64,000 bases of DNA from an uncultured Gammaproteobacteria bacterium (GTDB lineage: Bacteria; Patescibacteriota; Microgenomatia; UBA8517). Positions 18,670 through 27,633 of this stretch are shown piece after piece. Positions within the stretch are counted from its first letter, which is position 1. Each line of letters begins with the position of its first letter. Below the pieces are notes generated by a model. The model ran no database searches and was not told the DNA's origin. It worked only from the letters and a program-made list of their open reading frames with translations. The stretch covers positions 513,488 through 577,487 of the forward strand of contig OZ246419.1 of the NCBI GenBank assembly GCA_965231135.1, written 5' to 3'. A program made the position numbers and the translations under genes.

Positions 18670-19882
18670 GATTGAAGATATTTCCACTTTGATTTTCATA
18701 ACCTAAGGCCCAAATTGCTAACCCCCCCAGATTATTGCCTTTGATAAAGTTTATTTTGGAGCTAACACTCTTCATATCAGGGTAAAAATATTGCTGAAAA
18801 GTATTTGAATCGGTATTTTTATAAATTAAATAACTTTCCTGAGCAACATTATCAAACTGAGCACTGCAAGTTGCACAATTACTTAATAAATTTTCCAGAT
18901 CTTTATTATCTTCTATAAATGCTGTGGTTGGAATTACAGCAGAACGAGGAAAATTATCTATAGTTTCCCATGAATATCCATAAAATGGCATTCCTAATAA
19001 AATATTTTTAGGGTCAATTAATTTACTTGCAGCATTTATTGCACTTTGGGTATCAAATTCACTTTCGCTTCCAGCTCCATATAAAGGAGCGACAGGGCCT
19101 GTCACCAACGAGCTTGGGGAATGAAAGTCGTAGGCCATGACAACAATATAATCAAGATAATTTATGATATTTTTGGGAACAGAAAGATGATCATCGCGAA
19201 CTAAATCAACAGGAATAATATCGTCGCTTAACGTAAGACTTGGAATTTTGGATTTAATTTGATCGTGAATTTCTTTAATAAATAATTGGTAATTTAACTG
19301 CGCTGAGGGAGAGGCAGTATCCGTGCCTTCAATATCCATATTAAGATCCGAGAAACCGTATTGAGAAATAATTGGCGTAAGGTCATTTACCAAATTATCT
19401 GCGTGATTTACAGGATCAGAAATTAATTCATTGATTGAATCCTGATCTCCGTCAAAAATTGTTAGAGAGAGTTTGATATTATTTTGCCTTGCATTATCAA
19501 AAAATGGATCTAATTTGCCGGAAGTTAGAGCTAAATATCCAGGCTCTGATTCTCCAGGCATTGTGAATTTTAGAATTGAACCATCTGTGTCTGGCGTCAA
19601 ACTAAAATAATCTAAATTGGTTATTTTGCCAGCATAATTTTCACTTGCACTACTTAATAACCAATAAGGCAAAAATCCCAACACTTCCTTATTTGTTTTT
19701 TTTGAAGTTGAGACTGTTGTAGAAACTGGATTTTTTGAAGATGGCTTTTGAATTATATTGGTTAGTAAAAAGCCAAGACTCAAGCCAAAAACTAAACCTA
19801 AAATAATTACTGAAAGATTTTTAAATACTTGCATAAATACAGTATAATATATTTCGGATTTTATATGGTTGATTATGAACAA
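18644..19882 (-). CDS. GH18-family glycosyl hydrolase (chitinase-like / YaaH-like)
   Basis: LNMDIEG (DxxDxDxE-like) and MAYDFH motifs. N-terminal TM anchor. Confidence 0.6.
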   Translation of the reverse strand: MFIINHIKSEIYYTVFMQVFKNLSVIILGLVFGLSLGFLLTNIIQKPSSKNPVSTTVSTSKKTNKEVLGFLPYWLLSSASENYAGKITNLDYFSLTPDTDGSILKFTMPGESEPGYLALTSGKLDPFFDNARQNNIKLSLTIFDGDQDSINELISDPVNHADNLVNDLTPIISQYGFSDLNMDIEGTDTASPSAQLNYQLFIKEIHDQIKSKIPSLTLSDDIIPVDLVRDDHLSVPKNIINYLDYIVVMAYDFHSPSSLVTGPVAPLYGAGSESEFDTQSAINAASKLIDPKNILLGMPFYGYSWETIDNFPRSAVIPTTAFIEDNKDLENLLSNCATCSAQFDNVAQESYLIYKNTDSNTFQQYFYPDMKSVSSKINFIKGNNLGGLAIWALGYENQSGNIFNPIEELLKE

Positions 19883-20896
19883 AATATTGTAACAGTTGGA
19901 GGAGGAAGTGGTTTGCCTGTTGTCAACGAAGCACTTTTAAGAACAGCAAAAGTTGACTTCATAACTGCAATTGTTACTCCGTTTGACAACGGCGGATCTA
20001 CTCGCATGGACAGATTAGATTCATATGGAACACAAATTGGTTATGCGGATGCAATTCGAGTATTATTTTCTCTAATTGACCCTGAACAGTTAGATCCAAA
20101 CAAGGTTGCTACTCTCAAAAGATGGTTTACTCAAAGAGATGAAAAAGATAGAGTACCAGCAAGAGGAATAGTTCACAATTCGTTTACAGCTGATAATGGA
20201 ATTTCTCAAATTGAAAGAGATTTTTGCAGCCTTGGTGTAAATTTAAAAGGAGAAGTGCTATTTTCCAGTACAAAATCGAGCCAAATTGTGTTTACGACAG
20301 AAGACAATGATTATTTTGAAGGAGAGGATATGCTTGATATTCGCTCGACAACACCAGATACCGTTCGAAATATGAAGCTTAAGCCGGAAATTGATGCATT
20401 TCCCAAAGCTATTGAGGCTATTAAAAAAGCGAAATTAATAATTCTTTCTTGTGGCTCTGTACATGGCTCAGTTTTGTGTAATTTTTTGCCAACTGGAATG
20501 AAAGAAGCAATGGAAGAAACTGCTGCAAAAGTTTATTGGGTTACTAATTTAACAAGTACAAAAAATGAAACAGATGAAGCAACTCCAATTTCAATGGTAA
20601 GACTTGCTGAAAAATATACTGGAATTCAAATTTCAGGCCTAATTGTCCCACAAATGACACGTGAACAGTTTAATGAAGAACACCCTGAAGTGGCTGACAG
20701 ATATAAAAAACGTGAATCCTCTCATTTTTTAGGATGGAGCGAAGACCAACTTGATGAAGCGCATAGTGCTGGTATTGAAATTGTTAAGCATGATGCAATA
20801 AAAATCATTAGGATTAATCTTCCCGAAGATGCTTATAAGTTAATAGTTCGCCATGATCCTGTCAAACTTGCGCAATCTTTAAAATCTATAGTTTAA
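19865..20896 (+). CDS. YvcK/CofD-family protein (gluconeogenesis factor / 2-phospho-L-lactate transferase-like)
   Basis: VGGGSGLP...FDNGGST motif. Start chosen at MVDYEQN (19865) to avoid the overlap of the tracked ORF start at 19829. Confidence 0.6.
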   Translation: MVDYEQNIVTVGGGSGLPVVNEALLRTAKVDFITAIVTPFDNGGSTRMDRLDSYGTQIGYADAIRVLFSLIDPEQLDPNKVATLKRWFTQRDEKDRVPARGIVHNSFTADNGISQIERDFCSLGVNLKGEVLFSSTKSSQIVFTTEDNDYFEGEDMLDIRSTTPDTVRNMKLKPEIDAFPKAIEAIKKAKLIILSCGSVHGSVLCNFLPTGMKEAMEETAAKVYWVTNLTSTKNETDEATPISMVRLAEKYTGIQISGLIVPQMTREQFNEEHPEVADRYKKRESSHFLGWSEDQLDEAHSAGIEIVKHDAIKIIRINLPEDAYKLIVRHDPVKLAQSLKSIV

Positions 20897-20939
20897 ACTT
20901 GACAATAAGCTAAAAAACCTATATATTATGGGTTATAAA

Positions 20940-20963
20940 GGCTCTCGTGTGAGAGCCTTTTTT
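20940..20963 (+). terminator. intrinsic terminator
   Basis: GGCTCTC-GTGT-GAGAGCC hairpin followed by TTTTTT. Confidence 0.6.
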
Positions 20964-20980
20964 AGTGCCTAAAGGAAAAT

Positions 20981-21619
20981 ATGTTATCAAGTTATTTGCT
21001 AACTTTAGCCTTAGCTTTTGCTAATCCGACACCTTTTGAAGCCGGAAGCACTTCTAGTGCCCAAACAACCATTGCAAGCCATGTTATGCCTATGACTGAC
21101 AGATATGCAGTCCAAAGCGTAAATACTGTATTTAAAGATAACATCTTGCTTACTCTTCGTTATATGGACGGAGAAATTAAATCAAAAGCTGATATTGATT
21201 GGAATAAAGTTGAATCTGATTATCATTATTCATTTACTTTACAGCCTGGCCAAGAATTTGCTTTCCATGACAAAGTTGCGAAGCAATATGATAATGGGCA
21301 AATTGTTCAGGAAACAAACGCACATTTTGATTTTGATGACGGATTTAAGTCTGATGGATATCTAACTGGAGACGGCGTTTGCCATCTTGCTTCTATTATT
21401 GATTGGGTTGCAAAAGACGCCAATCTACAGGTGACCGCGCCAACAAACCATAATTTTGCCAACATTCCTGATGTGCCTAAAGAATACGGAGTTGCTATTT
21501 ATGAAGGTCCAGATGGAGGGGAAATGACAAATTTGTATATTACAAATAACAAAAATGTTCCTGTAACTTTCAAATTTGATTATACAAATAATAATTTAAC
21601 CGTGAGCGTCAGTGAATGA
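20981..21619 (+). CDS. VanW-like domain protein
   Basis: GDGVCHLASIIDWVA...NHNF...VAIY...VPVTFKF matches the VanW core (GGGVCQ.S.T.Y...NHS). Confidence 0.5.
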   Translation: MLSSYLLTLALAFANPTPFEAGSTSSAQTTIASHVMPMTDRYAVQSVNTVFKDNILLTLRYMDGEIKSKADIDWNKVESDYHYSFTLQPGQEFAFHDKVAKQYDNGQIVQETNAHFDFDDGFKSDGYLTGDGVCHLASIIDWVAKDANLQVTAPTNHNFANIPDVPKEYGVAIYEGPDGGEMTNLYITNNKNVPVTFKFDYTNNNLTVSVSE

Positions 21620-21640
21620 GTTTTGGTATAATAGCCTTAT

Positions 21641-21716
21641 GGTGGCTGTAGCTCAGTTGGTTAGAGCGCGTGCCTGTGGAGCATGAGGTCGGCAGTTCGA
21701 GACTGCTCAGCCACCC
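21641..21716 (+). tRNA. tRNA-His(GTG)
   Basis: Cloverleaf with extra 5' G-1 pairing C73. Anticodon loop CTGTGGA. T-arm GGCAG-TTCGAGA-CTGCT. Confidence 0.85.
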
Positions 21717-23211
21717 ATAACGATTTTTTAGTACCTTCCAACCTCTTAATTATCTCAAAAGATTGACTCAAATACTCTGTTCTAAAACCTGGATATTGAT
21801 AAATTATATTCTGCGGGAATATCGAACTAACGAGCGTCTTTTTCTCAAATAAGTCTTTGCTTTGTGTCCAAGCTTTGTCCAAATTCCATAAAAAGTTATT
21901 CATAAAATTGACTAAAATATCTATGTCTATTTTTTGCAGTTTTGCCTCGCTTTTAATAGTCTTTTTTACTAAGATTTGATCTTCAATTAACTCAAGTTGT
22001 TCTTTGAAAGCTTCATCTGAATAAATTCCCTGTAAGTGCTTTTGTCCGAGTTTCTTTCTTACTTCATATAAGTCGCTTAGTTCTCTGTCTACACCTTTTT
22101 GTTTATTTATTAAGTGAGAATATCTATCTTGCCATTTTTCTTTTACCATTGCAGTAAATAACTGAACAAACTTTTTCTTTGGTTTTACTTTGGTCATAAA
22201 CTGAATAAATTCTTTCTCAAAGTTTTCTTTGGGAACAGAAGGGCTAAAATGAGATTTTTCTAAACAATAATAATAAGGGTATTTGCGTTTTGAAAAGGCA
22301 GCTGTCATTAACTTCCCGCACTTGTCGCAAATGACATGACGCCTTAATGGGAAACTTTCGTTTAATCTGTTATATTTCATGCCGACAGTTCGGGAGCGTT
22401 TATCTATAATCCCCTGAACTTTATAGAATAAATCTTCACTTATCATAGCTTCATGATTGCCGATTTTATCGGTACCCCAATCTTTATTTGCCACATAGCC
22501 GGCATAGAATTTATTTCTAAATAGTCTTTGAGTTTGTTGTTTTTTTGTGATGGGGATAAGTCTGTTATTTTTGTATTTGACTCTAATATTTAGCTTTCGC
22601 ATGACTGGAATAATCGAATCAAGTGTGTAAATTCCCGTTGCCATTTCTTCCCATGCTTTTTTTACTGCCTCAAATTGTTCAGAGTCACGCTCGATAATTT
22701 GTTTCTCGTCTTTTGTTATATTTATGTAGCCGACTGGTGCTTTGCCGTTGGCCCAGCCTGATTCTAATCGTTTTCTCATTCCGTCTTTTGACCTTAAACT
22801 TTTTGTTGCATTATCCAGTTTTGCACTTGCTGCGAGAAGCGTTTCAAGAAATTCACCAGTTGGACTATTTTCGACAGGTTCTGTAACAGATATAATTCTG
22901 ATTCCATATTTTGAGAGCTGTCTTTTGATTGCCAGAAAATCATAAGTATCGCGGGATATTCGATCTATCTTGTAAATAAATACAGCGGATACTTCTTTTT
23001 GATTTTTTCTGCAATCTTCTAACAGCCTTATAAGTTGTGGGCGATTTGTAGTCTTTGCACTTACCCCTTCTTCTCTATAAATTCCATTTTCCACTATCTT
23101 AAATTCTTGTCTTTCAGCTTCTCGTAAACAATAATCTTGTTGATTATCAAGGCTAAAATTAGAAACCTGTTCTTCAGAACTAACTCGCAAATATGCGTAA
23201 GCTTTTTTCAT
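21661..23211 (-). CDS. large serine recombinase (resolvase/invertase N-domain + recombinase domain + zinc ribbon)
   Basis: YLRVSSEEQ catalytic Ser motif and DRISRD. C-terminal CDKCG...YYYC zinc-ribbon. The 3' end overlaps tRNA-His on the opposite strand. Confidence 0.8.
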   Translation of the reverse strand: MKKAYAYLRVSSEEQVSNFSLDNQQDYCLREAERQEFKIVENGIYREEGVSAKTTNRPQLIRLLEDCRKNQKEVSAVFIYKIDRISRDTYDFLAIKRQLSKYGIRIISVTEPVENSPTGEFLETLLAASAKLDNATKSLRSKDGMRKRLESGWANGKAPVGYINITKDEKQIIERDSEQFEAVKKAWEEMATGIYTLDSIIPVMRKLNIRVKYKNNRLIPITKKQQTQRLFRNKFYAGYVANKDWGTDKIGNHEAMISEDLFYKVQGIIDKRSRTVGMKYNRLNESFPLRRHVICDKCGKLMTAAFSKRKYPYYYCLEKSHFSPSVPKENFEKEFIQFMTKVKPKKKFVQLFTAMVKEKWQDRYSHLINKQKGVDRELSDLYEVRKKLGQKHLQGIYSDEAFKEQLELIEDQILVKKTIKSEAKLQKIDIDILVNFMNNFLWNLDKAWTQSKDLFEKKTLVSSIFPQNIIYQYPGFRTEYLSQSFEIIKRLEGTKKSLWVAEQSRTADLMLHRHAL

Positions 23212-23362
23212 AATTGTTTATACTTCTTTACCTTATACTTTCTTTCAAAATGACGCAATCCAACCTCAATAATGCCATTAAAAGTGTTAATAAGTGATTG
23301 AATTTCTTCATCAGGCATATTTTTTGCAAGTTCACCTAAAAACTTTTTAGCGCTGGCTATTG

Positions 23363-23842
23363 TCATATGCGACCTCCACTCGTAGACAAACTTCTTAGAT
23401 TAAGGTCGTTTACTCTCTTTCTTAAAAGTTCCAAACCTTCATTATTCTTTGTATTCTTATTTGTATTCTTACTATTAGAAGTTTCTAACAACTGATATAA
23501 CGAATTTGTAACAGTTCTTATGATATTTTTATCACCTTTATCTTTGCTAAATGTGATAGTTTCATCACAAAAGTCGTAAATATTTGTTTGAGAATAGCCT
23601 CTTCTTCGCTTGAGTATAAATTTATGTTTTTCTAACCATGTGGTATGGTGATTTATAGTTTCTCTTCTTTTACCTAAATCGTTGGCCAACCTTTGTTGCG
23701 AAGGGAACGCTTTGTGGTGACCATATGCATAAGACTTTATGTCAACATAAACTCGAAATACGCAATCAGGTATTTTTCTATTTCTTATTACCCAATTTGG
23801 TATTAGAGTGAAATCGCTTTTTGGCTTAGAATATATACTCAT
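23363..23842 (-). CDS. winged-helix replication-initiator/DnaD-like DNA-binding protein
   Basis: FPSQQRLANDLGKRRETINHHTTWLEKHKFI is a wHTH typical of phage/plasmid Rep N-domains. Confidence 0.4.
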   Translation of the reverse strand: MSIYSKPKSDFTLIPNWVIRNRKIPDCVFRVYVDIKSYAYGHHKAFPSQQRLANDLGKRRETINHHTTWLEKHKFILKRRRGYSQTNIYDFCDETITFSKDKGDKNIIRTVTNSLYQLLETSNSKNTNKNTKNNEGLELLRKRVNDLNLRSLSTSGGRI

Positions 23843-23850
23843 TTTTATAG

Positions 23851-24114
23851 CTAAGATTCTTGATATAATTTGTCTTTTAGTGTCTTGATTGCCGAAATAA
23901 GAACTCGAGCATCTACGAGTACTTCAGAGTTTTGATTTTTTGAAAAATTGAAATTTCGAACCAACTTACGAAGTTTTGCTGTATCAGAAAAAACAAATTG
24001 CGAACGACGATTTCGTGTATTGTTTTTTTCAATGTCCAAAAGCTCCAAGTCTTTTGCAATCAAAAAACAAGATAAATAAAAATTGGCACTTTTGAAATTT
24101 TTATTCTCATTCAT
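23851..24114 (-). CDS. hypothetical protein
   Basis: 87 aa, element-associated. Confidence 0.3.
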   Translation of the reverse strand: MNENKNFKSANFYLSCFLIAKDLELLDIEKNNTRNRRSQFVFSDTAKLRKLVRNFNFSKNQNSEVLVDARVLISAIKTLKDKLYQES

Positions 24115-24191
24115 AACTCAATACTAAATTGAGTTTTTTACTTGTTCTAGTGAGGTGAACTAGTGAAAAGTAGGGATAAATGGGGACAGTT

Positions 24192-24623
24192 TCATTTCCA
24201 CTTGTCTTGAATTGTCATTGATGCGCCCCTGTTTATTATTTTTATTGTTATGGGAAGATTTTGTAAACTCTTTTTTAAATAATAAACATTTCTTCGCATA
24301 GACTGATTTATCACCTTTCGTTTACCTTGTCTGGGGTATTTTCTACCAAATGAATGCTCGTAAAGTTCTTTATACGGCCAATGGGCTAAACTATTTTCGA
24401 AGAGGTAATGAAAAATAGCAAATTTTTCTGACCACGTATTTGGGAAGGTGTGTACTACTTTATTTTTGTAAATAAGCAGCCCCTTGTTATTTTCTGAAAT
24501 TTCCAATTTCCAGTTTCGTAGATTGGTACGCTTAATTTGCATATAGCCAAATAATTCATTAGATTTCCATAAGGGAATTTCCATATTTATATTTATTTGC
24601 TTGTATTTTACACTTATTAACAC
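24192..24623 (-). CDS. OmpR/PhoB-type C-terminal winged-helix DNA-binding protein (stand-alone)
   Basis: FHYLFENSLAHWPYKELYEHSFG...RNVYYLKKSL resembles the trans_reg_C domain. Confidence 0.4.
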   Translation of the reverse strand: MLISVKYKQININMEIPLWKSNELFGYMQIKRTNLRNWKLEISENNKGLLIYKNKVVHTFPNTWSEKFAIFHYLFENSLAHWPYKELYEHSFGRKYPRQGKRKVINQSMRRNVYYLKKSLQNLPITIKIINRGASMTIQDKWK

Positions 24624-24665
24624 AAAAAGCGGATCATATTGATCCGCCTTCTGTTAAATAAACAT

Positions 24666-25109
24666 TTACTGAACTACTTCACAACTATCTATCTTAATAA
24701 CTCCAATGGTTTGCCCTCCAACTGTACCTTTTACTGTAACTGTCTGGCCGTTTTTAAGAGGGATAAGCTCACTTTTGTCTGTTATATTGCAGTTTATTTG
24801 AGTCATTGAATACTGTTTAGTTGCTACATTGTAAAATGAAATTCCGCTATCTGTTATATTTGAGATTTGAGCGCTGAATTGAACTACTTTATTATTCCAT
24901 TTATCTTTTGCGGCAACTTGGTTAGTATCAAAATCATCTGCTATTTGGCTTGCTGTAATCGCTTCTGGTGTGCTTGTAGGCTGTATCAGAGCATTATTAT
25001 TGCTTGTAGTTACCTTACTGTTTTTGCTACTTCCGGCAGCCCCAATAACTCCAAGTACAACTAAAATTACAATAACTCCCAGACATCCGATCCCTAATTT
25101 CTTCTTCAA
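24666..25109 (-). CDS. membrane-anchored secreted protein
   Basis: N-terminal TM/signal (LGIGCLGVIVILVVLGVIGAAG), then beta-rich domain. Confidence 0.45.
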   Translation of the reverse strand: MKKKLGIGCLGVIVILVVLGVIGAAGSSKNSKVTTSNNNALIQPTSTPEAITASQIADDFDTNQVAAKDKWNNKVVQFSAQISNITDSGISFYNVATKQYSMTQINCNITDKSELIPLKNGQTVTVKGTVGGQTIGVIKIDSCEVVQ

Positions 25110-25210
25110 TTTACATCACCTCTTTTCATGCTTGTTTTGTGCCTGATATTTGGCATTCTCGCCACATACAAATTATGGCACAGATGCCAAACTTATTCAA
25201 CTTATAGCTT

Positions 25211-25420
25211 ATGGCTACGATTACAGAGAGATTTGGAAGTAAAGTTAGAAAACTTCGTGAACAAAAGAATATGTCACAACTTGAACTCGCTCAAAAGTCT
25301 GGCCTTGATCTAACTACAATTAACGAAATTGAAATGGGTAACAGAAGCCCGATGTTAAAAACAATCTGGAAAATATCAAATGCATTACAAGTAAAACTAA
25401 GCAGTTTGTTTGAGTTGTAA
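25211..25420 (+). CDS. XRE-family helix-turn-helix transcriptional regulator
   Basis: VRKLREQKNMSQLELAQKSGLDLTTINEIEMG is a Cro/CI-type HTH. Confidence 0.7.
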   Translation: MATITERFGSKVRKLREQKNMSQLELAQKSGLDLTTINEIEMGNRSPMLKTIWKISNALQVKLSSLFEL

Positions 25421-25431
25421 TATATTAACTT

Positions 25432-25833
25432 TCAGTTTGTATTATCAACTATTTCCACTTTTATCCCTGTAATAATTTTTTCAGGCTCAACACTAGCAAA
25501 ATTTGCTTTACCTTCAGTTTTGTCAGCAACAAATTTGAAGGCGTCAAGATCATTTCTTGCTTTAATTATGGCCAGATATGCTAAGTCAGCTGCAACACAA
25601 CGCTTATCCGGGTCGTTTTCTTTCCAAGCCATAAATTCACTAACAGTCAGAGATTTGAAGTAGTTAAGCCAATATGTGAAAGACTGATAATTTTTTGGTC
25701 TGCCGTTGTGGGTTATATTTTCAGGGTGTTCGCCTAGTCCACCAATTCCCTTCGGGTTACGGTTGTAATTTATAATTTTGACTTGTTTCGAAGTCTGTTC
25801 CATGCCTAATTGTATTCTATTTTTTGTTAGCAT
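25432..25833 (-). CDS. phage-associated GRPKN-motif protein (DUF5681-like), paralog of 43840..44244
   Basis: About 45% identity to the 43840..44244 product across shared blocks (HPE.I.HNGRPKN..SF.YWL.YFK.LTVSEF..W..N.P.KR.VA.DLA...I.KAR.DL..F...AD.TEGK). Confidence 0.6.
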   Translation of the reverse strand: MLTKNRIQLGMEQTSKQVKIINYNRNPKGIGGLGEHPENITHNGRPKNYQSFTYWLNYFKSLTVSEFMAWKENDPDKRCVAADLAYLAIIKARNDLDAFKFVADKTEGKANFASVEPEKIITGIKVEIVDNTN

Positions 25834-25851
25834 AGAATTGTATACTGTTGT

Positions 25852-26571
25852 ATGTATTTAACCCACAGCCACCAAGTTTTGCCATCAGTCGGTTTATCGA
25901 ACAATGCAGCAGTTGGGGCAGCAATCGGATCATTTACGGCTTTTATTTTTGGATTGATTGCCTATAACTACACTAAAAAAAGGGAAAAATGGATTACACA
26001 CCATAATGCTTTGGTAAAAACTGAACGACTTGTAAATAGACATTTGAACGAAATTACTGGAAATGTTTTTTTGCTGGAAGGCGCGATTAAAACTTTCGAA
26101 AAAGACGCGTTTAGTGAAAATGTACTAGATCCGTTGGAAAGCCCAGACTATATGATTGATTTCCACAATCTCGAATTGGTAAACACATATCAAGATTACG
26201 AAGCTCTTGTCGACAAAGTTAACCACGACCTGTCTGCGTGGAATAAATCAAACGAAAGACTTTTTAATGTAGCTCTTAGCGGCAAAGTTCCGCTGGCGGA
26301 TATTGATTTAAATCGCAAAGAACTTACAAGAAGATCGCGAGAAATAACGAGTCATTTAGAAGATTTGCTGGAAGAATCTTATACTATTGGCGCTTATGTC
26401 AGAAAGTTTATGGCTGTCGATAAACCAGACTTTTTTGGTCGCTTGGGTCCTACTGAACGAATTAAACTTACAGAGCAAGAAATTTCTAGTGAAAGAAAAA
26501 AATTCGTTAAAGAAAGTAAAGATACGATTGAAAGAGACAAAAATGGTCGACTTAGCAAATACAAGCACTAA
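25852..26571 (+). CDS. hypothetical membrane-anchored coiled-coil protein
   Basis: 239 aa with one TM helix. Start coincides with the right boundary repeat of the putative element. Confidence 0.35.
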   Translation: MYLTHSHQVLPSVGLSNNAAVGAAIGSFTAFIFGLIAYNYTKKREKWITHHNALVKTERLVNRHLNEITGNVFLLEGAIKTFEKDAFSENVLDPLESPDYMIDFHNLELVNTYQDYEALVDKVNHDLSAWNKSNERLFNVALSGKVPLADIDLNRKELTRRSREITSHLEDLLEESYTIGAYVRKFMAVDKPDFFGRLGPTERIKLTEQEISSERKKFVKESKDTIERDKNGRLSKYKH

Positions 26572-26625
26572 AAAACACAATGAAAGCTGCGATAAACGAT
26601 TATTTTGATCTTAATTAAGTTAATG

Positions 26626-27633
26626 TTAATTGTTTTGTAGTTTTTCTAAGGCTGAAGAAAACTTTTCCCAATCTCTGTCTTTTATTTCAACCACGCCAGT
26701 TTTTTGTGCCTCTTCAAGATAGACTGAACCTCTTTGCCCTGGAACTCTAACTGGTTCATTTGGATTCATTGGTGGAATAGCTAAAATATCATTTGCTAAT
26801 TTTGTTGTTGAAGCTTTGAAATCTTTGATGTCGCCAAACGAAGCTGGATCAATAACTATAATAAGTGTTCCAATATATTTTTGTGAGTCCGATGGTTGAT
26901 CTAATCCGCTTTTGCCTCTGACAAGTGCTCCGCTTAAAACTTCTAACAGAAGGTTAATCGCATAACCTTTGTATCCACCAAAGGGAAGTATTGCAACTGC
27001 ATCATTTGGATCCGTAGTAATTACACCTTCTTTGGTTAAATATGCATTATCAGGGAGTTTTTCACCATTTTCTTTTGCCTGTCTAATTCTACCCCAAGCA
27101 TACATAGCTGTTGCTGCATCAAAGATTATTGGGAAACTATTTGTTGGAATTCCATAAGCAATAGGGTTTGTACCAAATATGTCTTTTTTACCGCCATGCG
27201 GGACAACACCCTGCGGCCCACCATTTTCTGCAATTATTGCTATACAATCTTGTGCCGCAATTTTACGGCAAAAGACATCAAAGAAGTCATTATAAGTGCT
27301 GTCGTAAATTCCAAAAGCATAAATCCCTTGCTTTTTCGCTGACTTTACAATTTCATCTATATAACCAGCTGTGATTAGAGGCGCAAGTCTACCATTTCCC
27401 TTAATAAGTTTCAACGAAGGTTTGTCTACAACGATTTCTTCTTTGTCCACTCTGATGTTATCTATAAGCCTTGCATGCTTGCCCGGTAATTCTCCAATCG
27501 GGCTAAATTGATTACCGATTATTTCTTGTTCAACAATTAAACCAGTGAAGGTTTCAATATCATGCGAAGGCATACCTACAAGTTCAAGATATTTACTTAC
27601 TTTTTGCTTCAACTCACTCGTTTTTATTTTCAT
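26626..27633 (-). CDS. Ldh_2-family malate/L-lactate/sulfolactate dehydrogenase
   Basis: GHKG-like region, PFGGYKGYAINLLLEVLSGAL and GTNPIAYGIP typical of the Ldh_2 family. Confidence 0.65.
   Translation of the reverse strand: MKIKTSELKQKVSKYLELVGMPSHDIETFTGLIVEQEIIGNQFSPIGELPGKHARLIDNIRVDKEEIVVDKPSLKLIKGNGRLAPLITAGYIDEIVKSAKKQGIYAFGIYDSTYNDFFDVFCRKIAAQDCIAIIAENGGPQGVVPHGGKKDIFGTNPIAYGIPTNSFPIIFDAATAMYAWGRIRQAKENGEKLPDNAYLTKEGVITTDPNDAVAILPFGGYKGYAINLLLEVLSGALVRGKSGLDQPSDSQKYIGTLIIVIDPASFGDIKDFKASTTKLANDILAIPPMNPNEPVRVPGQRGSVYLEEAQKTGVVEIKDRDWEKFSSALEKLQNN

Larger units (their letters stand above)
21717..25873 (-). mobile_element. about 4.2 kb putative integrative element (serine recombinase, Rep-like HTH, XRE regulator, GRPKN-motif protein) abutting tRNA-His
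   Basis: Large serine recombinase ORF reads into the tRNA-His 3' half. 8-bp direct repeat CAGCCACC at the tRNA 3' end (21708-21715) and at 25866-25873. Phage/plasmid-like gene set. Confidence 0.45.

Noticed and set aside
21661-21716. Whether the serine recombinase really extends 18 codons across tRNA-His
   Set aside because: Not rejected as a gene, but the C-terminal overlap may simply reflect absence of a stop in that frame. The true C-terminus cannot be fixed from sequence alone.
25432-25833. Calling the GRPKN-motif proteins terminase small subunits
   Set aside because: Only the GRPKN motif is reminiscent. The Terminase_2 HTH pattern (LT.KQ..F...Y...NAT.AA..AGYS) is absent, so I report them as DUF5681-like only.
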